Below, piece after piece: positions 1 to 11,046 of a stretch of 64,000 nucleotides of DNA. Each line of letters opens with the position of its first letter. Positions within the stretch are counted from its first letter, which is position 1. The position numbers were made by a program, and so were the translations under genes. The notes beneath the pieces are model-generated. The model saw only the letters and a program-made list of their open reading frames with translations, made no database searches and had not been told where the DNA came from. This stretch comes from Chiloscyllium plagiosum (Eukaryota): assembly GCF_004010195.1 (NCBI RefSeq), contig NC_057718.1:10778460-10842459 (forward strand), read 5' to 3'.

Positions 1-621
1 ATTATCTGTTCTGAGACTCAGCTCCACAAGGAATATCAGTTTGATATTCATCAAGGTTATCCATTTTAATCTGTGCACTTCAGCATGTGTGCACGTAAGT
101 GGATGTTGTCATAAATAAACCCAGTTCAAAATCCACACTTGCCTTTTGTCCAGGCACACCAAGAAAAGTATGCTCAGCACAGTTGAAGAATTGAAGATGA
201 GACTTTCCTGGGTTATATGGCTCCCAGAACATGGGTGGATTTACCCATTAGTTTGCCAAGTATGGTCTGAATTACACCATGTAAAGGCTACAAATTGAGC
301 CTGGCACCATTCCTAAAATAAAACCACCAAAGATTGCTCATAAGAAGAAAAAAAGACAACATTCTTGTTCATTTCCACTAAACCTTTGTTTCTCCTCTAC
401 AGTTTTATAACAAAAATTAATTATAGCTTCCATGATGCAGGTTGCATGTTATCAGCTTTTCATGCACCACCCAGTTAGCCATTTGATGTGGGTACTGGGT
501 GAATGTAAAAATATTCTATTGTAGAGGTATCAAACTGAGCCTGTTTGTTACCAGATCCATGGATAGCAAAGTTTTCCAGTTGAGATTGTTGGACACCAAA
601 AAGAAGGAAGCACATGTCATT

Positions 622-934
622 GGGCAGCACGGTGGCACAGTGGTTAGCACTGCTGCCTCACAGCGCCAGGGACCCGGGTTCAATTCCCGCCTCAGTCGAC
701 TGACTGTGTGGAGTTTGCACATTCTCCCCGTGTCTGCGTGGGTTTCCTCCGGGTGCTCCGGTTTCCTCCCACAGTCCAAAGATGTGCGGGTCAGGTGAAT
801 TGGCCATTCTAAATTGCTCGTAGTGTTAGGTAAGGGGTAAATGTAGGGGTATGGGTGGTTTGCGCTTTGGCGGGGCGGTGTGGGCTTGTTGGGCCGAAGG
901 ACCTGTTTCCACACTGTAAAGTAATCTAATCTAA
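622..934 (+). mobile_element. HE1-type tRNA-derived V-SINE, full length
   Basis: tRNA-like head gggcagcacggtggcacagtggttagc...gggttcaattccc, V-domain gtgtggagtttgcacattctccccgtgtctgcgtgggtttcc, CR1-like tail ending (taatc)n. Confidence 0.9.
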
Positions 935-946
935 ACCATAAGTATT

Positions 947-1292
947 CAAAGTTTGTACGAAGATTTGTAGCTTGGGTGCTCGTTGTTGTGGTTCTGTTCG
1001 CCGAGCTGGAAGTTTTTGTTGCATTAGCCCTGATTCTATTGAATGGTGGAGCAAGCTCAACGAGTTGAACAGCCTATTTCTGTTTTTATTTCTTATGGTC
1101 TTATCGATTCCAACAATTTCCTAACATCACACGTTAATCTAACCGGAAGCGGCAGGGACAGACCACTATAAACATCGGAGGAAACATCAAAGAAGCGCTT
1201 CGCAGGAGGCTCCCAAGCACTGATGATGTCGCCTAGCCAGGGGACGAAACGTTTGCAACAAAAACTTCCAGCTCGGCGAACAGAACCACAAC
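947..1292. mobile_element. Non-autonomous Penelope-like insertion with inverted terminal-repeat segments and HHR motif
   Basis: gttgttgtggttctgttcgccgagctggaagtttttgttgca (982-1023) is inverted at ~1254-1295; 13-bp direct repeat aaccataagtatt at 934-946 and 1293-1305. Confidence 0.7.
1217..1256 (+). ncRNA. Minimal type I hammerhead ribozyme motif
   Basis: gca-CTGATGA-t-gtc(gcctagccaggg)gac-GAAA-cg-TT-tgc: core boxes, stem II gtc/gac, stem I gca/tgc. Confidence 0.65.
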
Positions 1293-1939
1293 AACCATAA
1301 GTATTATGCGGGGGATTATAAGAGAAAGCACAGTCCTGGATTGAATTTTGATCATTCCTGCCCGCTGGCCAATTTTGAAATCCCATTCTGAGTGCCATGT
1401 TGTTCAAATAAGGGCTGGTGCCAGTGAGGATCTTGGTCTGTAAAATGAGAAATAAGTAACAAAAATGGAGATTTTTGGATGCCCTAAAGTTTAGAGTTAA
1501 TGACTATTTAAAACATAATTTGTTAGTTCCTGCTAACGTTACGTGCAGAATATGAGGCTTTATCTGTTGCCTTTATGTTATTATTGGTGGCATACTCCAT
1601 AGAACCTGATTTTTTTTATATGCGAGGTAAAATAGAAGTCCATCCCAAAATATCATTCAACAGTCTACACTGCAATTCAGAGCATGGCATGATTTCAAAA
1701 GATTGCCATCGGCAGAATTCAATAGTTTGAAAACAAAACATATGTCTTGTTAAAGAGACCAAATCAGACTTTTTCACTGACAAAGCTTTAACTGTGATAT
1801 TACTCATGACTGTCATCAGTTGGGCCTTCAGTTACAAATTTCCTATTCCTTGTCTTAATCTCAGGAAAGAATAATTGTACACACTGCCCTTTGTGAGTGT
1901 GGAATCATAAATCGCTTTTGCCGGGTATTTGTTGTAAAT

Positions 1940-2075
1940 TAGGGAAGAAAAGCAAGGTGCTGTAAATTGATCAATAGCCAAGCTGCTTTAGTGGTGTTGG
2001 TTCGATGATAAATATTGGCTTAGAAACAGAATGAAGCTATTCTTTGAATAGTTCCATGGAATCCATTTCATATAA
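1940..2075 (-). mobile_element. Ancient DeuSINE-like fragment (Deu domain)
   Basis: Reverse complement reads ...ccatggaactattcaaagaa...gccaatatttatcatcgaaccaacaccac, resembling the Deu core; heavily decayed. Confidence 0.5.
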
Positions 2076-2669
2076 GACCTTTAGGAGCATAGTGTTTCTC
2101 TTACAAAATTAGTAGTGAACATTGTACTCTTGTACAGTACATGTGATTCTGCGAAAGCTTTGGGAATCGTCACATCGCAGTTATAGAGCTCAGAAGGAAA
2201 ATGGCCAACATTTGATATCCCTCCCTGCATGATATAGTTGTCTCGTCAGTATTCTGTCATCCCCAAGCTATTATATCATTGAGCTTCCATGACCTTCACC
2301 TTTTACATTGCATTAACTTCCATTAGTTTAGCAATTGAGACTTTCTGTCTCTGTTAGAGATCCATAGCCAGCACTCAAAGTGCTTGCCTACATTTCGGGG
2401 AAAGGATCAAAGCAATTAAGACAGACAGATTTATCCACTGGTGGATAGAGCTACACTAAGAGCAAACGAAAATTTTTATGACTCCAGTTTGTACAAACCA
2501 TGAAGGGGGTTTGAGGATCTAGTCTGATAACCTGATCTGGACCGAGGCTGTCTGACAGATTTCTTCTGTCTCCATATTAATGACAAAATTGAGTCTATTG
2601 TACAAGGTGGAACAATGCACATTATGTTATTAGCTTGTTCTCTCTCACACCTAGCAGGGAAGATGACAG

Positions 2670-2985
2670 CTAAGTGGTATTACTGCTCGGCTGTTAATCC
2701 AGAGACCCAAGTGATGTTCTGGGTACCTGTGTTCGAACCTAGCGCAGCAGATGGTAGAATTTAAATTGTGTATAGGAGAAAATCTGGAATTAAGAGTCTA
2801 ATGATGACAATGAATACATTCTCAATCGTCAGGAAAAACCTATCTGGCTTACTAGTGTCTTTTTAAGGAAGGAAACTGTCATCCTTACCTGGTCTGGCCT
2901 ACATGTGACTCGAGACCCACTGCAATGTGGTTGACTCTTGACTGTCCTCTGGGCAATTAGGAATGGGCAGTAAATGTTGGGCTTG
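2670..2985 (+). mobile_element. Old SINE-like repeat whose 3' tail is shared with an old LINE family
   Basis: Core ggaaggaaa..gccatccttacctggtctggcctacatgtgactc recurs at ~13640-13880 and ~23850-24150; tail gggcaattaggaatgggc resembles the LINE end at ~55810-55860. Confidence 0.65.
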
Positions 2986-4759
2986 CATTTATATGCTAAA
3001 ATATGTGTTTATATTCAATGTTTAATCTAACTACAAATATTGTATTCACTGTTCTTCCCTTCAATGAATTTTTGGGGCAGATGAAGGATTCAATTTCGAA
3101 AAAGTTGTGTACAATTACAGCTCAAAAATCACACGAATTTGCAAGAAATTCACAACCTATGATTTGATGTTTTCCTGGTTTCCAGTTAGTTGGGTATTCC
3201 TGTGTTGACAGACCCCCCTTTAGTCACTAGCTTCAAACAGCCCCAATCTCTCTACTTTGTAATCATGGGCTTTTTGCATCCTGTTTCTCCTCTCCCCCCC
3301 CCCCCCCCCCCGACATTGGCTTCTCATTGCAGCCACTCTTTTCTTTTCTCTCATCCTCATCCTCCTTGTATCTTGCCGTGTAAACCCTTGCTTCTGGTCT
3401 TTCTTGACAAACTGACTGCTACTTGCAGCTTTTCTAGTCGATGTACCCTTACCCCGGCAACTTCCCTCATATTGGATAATCTTGCCATGCTTTTTCTTCT
3501 GCCACCCCCAACCACCCACCCCACCACCACGACCTTGGCAATCCTGCAGATTGATTCCCTATGATTGGAGGGGCCAGCTCCTTTCAAAATTTTCCATTTT
3601 CACATAAGGGCTTGACTTTGTACAGATCAGTTGGCCCTGTTAGTCATTTTTACTGAGTGATTTAGAATTTGCCTGGTACCATGTATTGTAAATGTTGTTA
3701 CAGGGAATGTTTGGTGGTGGAGGTGGATTGAAATGCCTGTGGCTTAATTTATGGCCTGCATAATGGTAAAACAAATAAGTGGTGGAACAACCACATGTAT
3801 TCTGCTTTTATATTTGACGTTTGATACCTTCGGAACTTTTTGTTCTTATTTTATCATGTCCCCTTTGTCCTTCTCCTCCTCTGCCCTCATTTGCTCAAAT
3901 CTGCGATCATATAACCTTTATCATTCCTATGCTACTGGTGCATACAGAAAGGGCATACTCGGTTAAAGGTGCTATATTATAAGTTTCTATTGTTTTCCAG
4001 TCTTTTCTTGGGAATACCAGACATTGTTGATATGTGCATAGAGGTTCTTCAACCGTTTGAAAAAAGTGTATTCTTTTCACTGAGAATTGTGCTGCTAACT
4101 GTTACTCTACTTGAATTTTCTGGATAATGTCATGCCCCAAGGGCCACATTCTTAATGAATATTTAATGTGTGTAGCACATATGTATTAATTGATCTGTAT
4201 AATTATCGAGAGTTTTGAATTCTTGTTAATATATATACATACAATTATGAAAGTATATGCCATTTTAAAATATGTCACTATCTTCAAAACCCTTGAAGTC
4301 AATTTATTTAAAATATAAGGAATTTTTACAGGCTTTTTAATTCTGTTAAGTGGGGCACCATTCGTACCAACAAATGAATGCCCACTTAATTTATTTTGGT
4401 AGTGACAGAGGTTGAAATAATTATGATGTTCAGGATCCTGCAACAGTATTTTTATGGTCCCAATTGGTGAGAGCACTCCTTTCTTCCTCATTACATGGAA
4501 TTACATCTGTGCCATATGGAAAATTATACATTTGAGTGCTTCCAGTATGGGCTCAGTTTTTAAAAAAAAAAAATCAAAGCCTGATTGGCTCCCAGGTAGT
4601 TCAATAACTTGTTGGTGTGAATGGTATAAACAGAAGCCTTTGGATATCCAGAAAAGGTGCTGTATTTTCTCTGCAGTAAATAAAACTTAGACTGAAGTAA
4701 GAGAGCCAGTTTATTTTTCCTCACCAGTTGCTCTTAAGTGAGAATTCAGGAGGCGTGGA

Positions 4760-5676
4760 TAGCACTAAAATTGGTGGTAAAGTCAACAGTGAAGAATGTT
4801 ATCTAACATTGGCCTAATTGATCAAGATCTCTTTGCAATGTTCTGAGGAGTGGCATCTGGAGTTTAATTTTAATAAATCAGGTATTGCATTTTCATAAAA
4901 TAAACAAGGACAAGACTTGTACAGTTAATGGTGGGGCAGTTAATGGGTGCTGTTGTCGTACAGCGAGACCTAGGAGTTCAGGAATATGGTTCTTTGTCTA
5001 CCTGTGACACAACTTTCAATGTTTAGTACGTTTGCGCAGACATTGTGTATAGTAGTTGGGGCATCATTTGGAGTTGTATAGGACACTGGTGAGCCACTTT
5101 TGGAGTACACTTTAGAGTTCTGGTCGCCCTGTTATAGGAAGGATATTATTAAATTGGAGAGGGTTCAGATATATCTAAAGGACATGGGCAGAGAATATTT
5201 CATTTGATTAATCAATGCTGGATAACATAGTTAGCCACGCATTGGGACTTTGCGATCTTGTTCGGATCATCTGAAATACGGTTAATCGAATGTCGGATAA
5301 TCGAGATTCCTCTGTCGACAGTAATTTATTGTTACATATATTTCTGAAAGTAAAATAAAATGTATATAAGTCACCATGATTAATGCAACACCATTTTAAG
5401 AGGGCATAGGTTTAGGGTGAGGTGGGGAAAGATATAAAAGAGACCTACAGGGCAATGTTTTCACACAGAGGGTGGTGCATGTATGGACTGAGCTGCCAGA
5501 GGAAGTGGTGGAGGCTGGTACAGTTGCAACATTTAAAAGGCATTTGGATGGGTATATGAATAGGAAGGGTTTGGAGGGATATGGGCCGGGTGCTGGCAGG
5601 TGGGAGTAGATTGGGTTGGGATATCTGGACGGGTTGTACTGAAGGGTCTGTTTCCATACTGTACATCTCTATGACT
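4760..5676 (+). mobile_element. CR1/HER1-type LINE 3' fragments, interrupted
   Basis: Decayed RT C-terminal sequence and 3' UTR ending gaagggtctgtttcc...ctctatgactct. Confidence 0.8.
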
Positions 5677-6139
5677 CTAAATTATAAAAAAGAAATAACT
5701 TTTGCAAAATTGTTTGTTCCAACATGACTTTGTTTCATGAGCGGTTGCGGGACACGCCATACTCCAAAGCTGTCCCAGAGGCCATAACACCAAGGAGGAA
5801 GCACACTGTAGCCCCTGCTGCTGCTGACCGGATCTAGAACGCCTCCACCAATATTGCAACCGTTGCCACAGCAAGGATTTTATACCAACTCTTGAGGGCT
5901 GGTGCCCCATTCTCAATTTCGTAGGACCGACAGACCATCTAAGTTAACTCCTGAGGATTGAGGATCATGCACTCTGCCGCTGTTTGCAGTTGCTGCAGAA
6001 ACACTTTTTTAAAAAAAAAGAACTGACCTCAATCCATCCAGCTGTAGCTGCCATGGCCATGTGGAATGATCTGGATGCGTCACCCAACAGCTCCCTGCAA
6101 CCCCTCTCCACCACCACAGTTACAGAAAGAAAAAGTGAA

Positions 6140-6590
6140 TTGCCAAGATGTTGATGGGACTGGATGGTTTGAGTTATGAAGAGCGGCTCGATAGGCTGGG
6201 ACTTCTTTCACTAGAGCATAGGAGGTTGAGGGGTGATCTTACAGGGATTTATAAAATCATGAGGGGCATAGATAAATTGAATAGCCAAGCTCTTTTCCCA
6301 GGGTGGGGGAGTTTAAAACTAGGGGGCATAGGTTTAAGATGAAAGGGGCAAGATTTAATAGACATCTGAGGGACAGTGTTTCCACACGCAGGTTCATATG
6401 TGGAATGAACTGCCGGAAGAAGTAGTAGGTACAGGTACAATTACATTTAAATGACATTTGGATAGGTAGATGAATAGGAAAGGTTTAGAGGAATATTGGC
6501 CAAGTGGGACTAGTTTAGTTTGGGAAACTTGGTCGGCATAGAGTTTGACCAAAGGGTCTGTTCCTGTACTGTATGACTCTATGGCTCTAT
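6140..6590 (+). mobile_element. CR1-type LINE 3' fragment
   Basis: ORF LSYEERLDRLGLLSLEHRRLRGDL plus CR1 tail. Confidence 0.85.
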
Positions 6591-6799
6591 AACCAATAAG
6601 TCAGAGACCTTTTAACCATCTGTGTCTCCTGCAAGCAAGTGTAAATATCTGGAGAAGGGTGTTCAAGGAGCACCAAATCCTGGCAATCAAAGATGTTCAC
6701 CTTAGTGAACCATATGGACAGGAAGCATTAAACTGCCTTCCCACTCATCAAAGGAGTGATTTGTTTTATATCTGGCTGTGTAGGGAGTTAAAGTTTTAA

Positions 6800-7668
6800 C
6801 TGGTGATGTAGTGGACAGTGAAGAAGCTTACCTCAGAGTACAACGAGACCTTGATCAGATGGGCCAATGGGCCTAGGAGTGGCAGATGGAGCTTAATTTA
6901 GATTGTGAGGTAAGGTAAATCAGGGCAGGACTGACACACTTAATGGAAAGGTCCTGGGGAATGTTGACAAACAAAAAGACCTTGGGGTGTATGTTCATAG
7001 TCCCTTAAAGGTGCAGTCATAGGTAAACAGGGTAGTGAAAATTGTGTTTGGTATGCTTGCCTTTATTGGTCAGTGCCTTGAGTATATGTGTTGGGATGTC
7101 ATGTTACAGCTGTACCAGATATTGGTTAGGCCACTTTGGAATTCAGTTCTGGTCTTCCTTCTACAGGAAAGTTGTTAACCTTGAAAGAGTGCAGGAAAGT
7201 TTTACAAGGATGTTGCCAGGATTGAAGAGTTTGAGCTCTAGGAAGAGGCTAAAAGGCTGGGGCTATTTTCCTTGGCGAATCAAAGGTTGAGGGATTTATA
7301 AAATATAGAGATTTATAAAATCACGGGCATGTATTAAGTGAATACCCAAAGTCTTTTTCACAGGGTAGGGGAATCCAAAACTAGTGGGCAAACTAAAATG
7401 AGAGGAGAAAGATTTAAAAGGGACCTAATGGGGGGGGCAACTTTTTCACAGAGGGTGGCATGTGTATGGAATGAGCTGCCAGAGGAAGTGTTGGAGGCTG
7501 GTACAATAACAACATTTAAAAGGCATCTGGATGGGTACATGAATAGGAAGGGTTTTGAGGGATATGGGCCTCTGCTGGTGAATGAGACTAGATTTGTCTC
7601 GGAGATCTGGTTTGAATGGATGAATTGGACCGAAGGTTCTGTTTCCAAGCTGCACAAGTCAATGACTC
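6800..7668 (+). mobile_element. CR1-type LINE 3' fragment
   Basis: QFWS...LERVQ...FTRMLPGL and WNELPEEV motifs, CR1 tail. Confidence 0.85.
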
Positions 7669-8737
7669 CAGTAGTTAGATGTTAGCAGTTTATAACTGTT
7701 TATCTGTAGCTGTAATTTATTTACTTGTAATAAACAGCAAACTTCATTGAATACAGAAACCTGGTCTGTTCTTTCTGAGAATCCTGGTCTAAAAAGGCAG
7801 GTAAGTTAGGGAAGTTTATGTACTTTATAAAATCTTCTATTTTTATGGCAATTCCAGGAATAGCAGGGCTCGATTTCCAGAACACTACCCCAGTGAAATG
7901 AATATCTTTTTAAAAACAAAAGTCAGATTTGCAAGGAAATTAAAATTTCTTTTCCTCCACTTTATACCGCCAGAACCAAACAATAATAAAATATTATGAA
8001 CTTTCATCCCATCATCTGCATAGAGGTCAATATGTTTAGTGCTTAGTTAACCAGATCTGAATTATGACACTTAGCAATAGGACATGGCCTCAGTTTGGCA
8101 TGGAATGTCAGCCTAGATTATGTTCTGCTCCTTGAGCGGAGCTTGAACCCACAATTTAAAACATCTAGGCAAAACTGATGCCAACTAAATAAGTTAACAT
8201 TCTCCATGTTGGTGGAAAATGGTTCATAATTGGAGCCATAAAATAAAACCTGAATAAGATTTAAAAAAAAATGTTGACTCAAGTTCATACTGCTATCTGA
8301 CATGCTGCTTTGTACTGTTCACGAAGATTATCTGCTTAAATGTTTTAGTATTTATCTTTATGACAATACTCTGGTGAAATTGGACTAATCTTCCAGCAGT
8401 TAAAATTGTGTTCTACTAGTTAGAAAAGGCATGAGATTTTCATTGATTTATCCTGAACTAACAAACCATTAATGTTCTCAAGTATTTCATAGCACTCTAT
8501 AGATATTGGTTGTGGTAATTTTTATAATTGTACTGCATAACTCCAAAAGATTCCTCTGTCCTGCTTCAATAGCTGTATTCCATAATTCCCATTATTTTAA
8601 CATTACTCTTTCTTTCTCACTGTCTAAAATCTAAGACCCATTACTAACTTGAGCTCCAGGAGTACTAATCCTAAAATAACATAAATAACAATAAAAGGTT
8701 TGGAAAGTTTTATTACTTCAACTGAAAGTCGTCAAAT

Positions 8738-10782
8738 AATTGAGGGACAGGATGTACATGTATTTGGAAAGGCAAGGACTGATTAGGGATAGACAACATG
8801 GTTTCGTGTGTGGGGAAATTATGTCTCACAAACTTGATTGAATTTTTTGAAGAAGTAACAAAGAGGATTGAGGGCAGAGCAGTAGATGTGATCTATATGG
8901 ACTTCAGTAAGGCTTTCGACAAGGTTCCCCATGGGAGACTGGTTAGCAAGGTTAGATCTCATGGAATACAGGGAGAACTAGCCATTTGGATACAGAACTG
9001 GCTCAAAGGTAGCAGATGGAGGGTGGTGGTGGAAAGTTGTTTTTCAGATTAGAGGCCTGTGACCAATAGAGTGCCACAAGGATCAGTGTTGGGTCCACTA
9101 CTTTTTTTTGTCAAATGATTTGAATGAGAGCACAAGAGGTACAGTTAGTACATTTGCAGGTGACATCAAAATTGGACAGCGAAGGAGGTTACCTCTGATT
9201 AGAACGGGATCTTGATCAAATGAGCCAGTGAGCCAAAGAGTGGCAGATGGAGTTTAATTAGATAAATGCAAGGTGGTGCATTTTGGGAAAGCAAATCTTA
9301 GCAGAACGTATACACTTAATGGTACACTTACTCAGAGAGTAGTAAGGGCATGGAACGCTTTGCCTGCAATGGTAGTAGATTTGCCAAGTTTAAGTGCATT
9401 TAAGTCGTCATTGGACAGGCATATGGACGTGCGTAGAATAGTGTAGGTGGCTTGGACTTCAGATTAGTATAAAAGGGCGGCGCAACATCGAGGGCCGAAG
9501 GGCCTGTACTGCGCTATAATGTTCTATGGTAAGGTCCTCGGGAGTGTTGCTGAACAAAGAAACCTTGGAGTGCAGGTTCATAGCTCCTTGAAAGTGGAAT
9601 TGCAGGTAGATAGGATAGTGAAGAAGGCATTTAGCATGCTTTCCTTTATTGGTCAGAGTATTGGGTACAGGAGTTGGGAGGTCATGTTGCGGCTGTACAG
9701 GACATTGGTTAGGCCACTTTTGGAATATTGCGTGCAATTCTGGTCTCCTTCCTATCGAAAGGATGTTGTGAAACTTGAAAGGGTTCAGGAAAGATTTTAC
9801 AAGGATGTTGCCAGGGTTGGAAGAATTGAGCAATAGGGAGAGGTTGAATCGGCTGTGGCTGTTTTCAATGGAGTATTGGAGGCTGAGGGGTGACCTTAGA
9901 GGTTTATAAAACCGTGAAGGGTATAGAGTCAGAGTCATAGAGGCGTACAGCACAGAAACAGACCCTTCGGTCCAACTCGTCCATGCTGACCTGGTATCCT
10001 AACCCAATCTAGTCCCTCTTGCCAGCACCTGGCCCATATCCCTCCAAATTCTTCCTATTCATATAACCATCCAGATGCCTTTTAAATGTTGCAATTGTAT
10101 TGGCCTCCACCACTTCCTCTGGCAGCTCATTCCATACACGTTCCACCCTCTACATGAAAAATTTGCCACTTAGGTCCCTTTTTTGTTTATATCCCCTCTC
10201 ACCCTAAACCAATGCCCTCTAGTTCTGGACTCCCCCATCCCAAGGAAAAGACTTTGTGGCTAGCATAAATAGACAAAGTATTTTCCCTGGGATGGGGGTA
10301 GAACATAGAACATAGAACAATACAGCACAGAACAGGCCCTTCGGCCCATGATGTTGTGCCGAACTTCTAACCTAGATTAAGTACCCATCCATGTACCTAT
10401 CCAAATGCCGCTTAAAGGTCGCCAATGATTCCGACTCTACCACTCCCACGGGCAGCGCATTCCATGCCCCCACCACTCTCTGGGTAAAGCACCCACCCCT
10501 GACATCTCCCCTATCCCCCTATAGTCCAGAGCTCGAGGGGATAGATATAAAAGAGACCTCTGGCAACCTTTTCACACAGAGGGTGGTGTGTATGGAATGA
10601 GCTGCCAGAGGAAGTAATGGAGGCTAGTACAATTGCAACATTTAAAAGGCAACTGGGTGGGTATATGAATAGGAAGGGTTTGGAGGGATGTGGGACTAGA
10701 TTTGATTGGGATATCTGGTTGGCATGGACGAGTTGGACTGAAGGATCTGTTTCCATGCTGTACATATGACTCTATGACTCTC
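8738..10782 (+). mobile_element. 5'-truncated CR1 LINE (RT region to 3' end) with nested CR1 3'-end fragments
   Basis: CLTNLIEFFEEVT...YMDFSKAFDKVPH; LVRPLLEYCVQFWSP; nested pieces at ~9325-9525 (+), ~9930-10255 (-), ~10300-10510 (-). Confidence 0.9.
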
Positions 10783-11046
10783 ATCTCTCTTTCTGGTCTT
10801 CACAGATTTAAGATTAGACAACATTTGCTGGACGAGTGTGGCAAGATTTGTGGTTGTGCCTACTACTGTCTTGGTTGAGCTCAGGAGTTGAACAGTGAAA
10901 AATAACCAGGTCTCACCAGGTCACAAAAAGGTTGAGCAGTGGCAGAGGTGACAGAGTACTTGCTTACCTACACTTGGAGGAGATACCAGAAATATTACAG
11001 AGCGGAACAAATGTGTTTCCTAATTGGACAAAAAGCTATTTGTGAT

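Noticed and set aside
622..695. tRNA-like sequence with A/B boxes
   Set aside because: It is the SINE head, not a tRNA gene.
476..1438. Minus-strand acceptor (ttttacag) followed by an ~87-codon frame restored if the SINE and PLE inserts are removed
   Set aside because: Peptide unrecognisable, and this length is attainable by chance.
3190..3564. Pro-rich ORF with PPLVTSFKQPQSL
   Set aside because: At most a trace of a PLE linker motif plus low-complexity sequence; too decayed to call.
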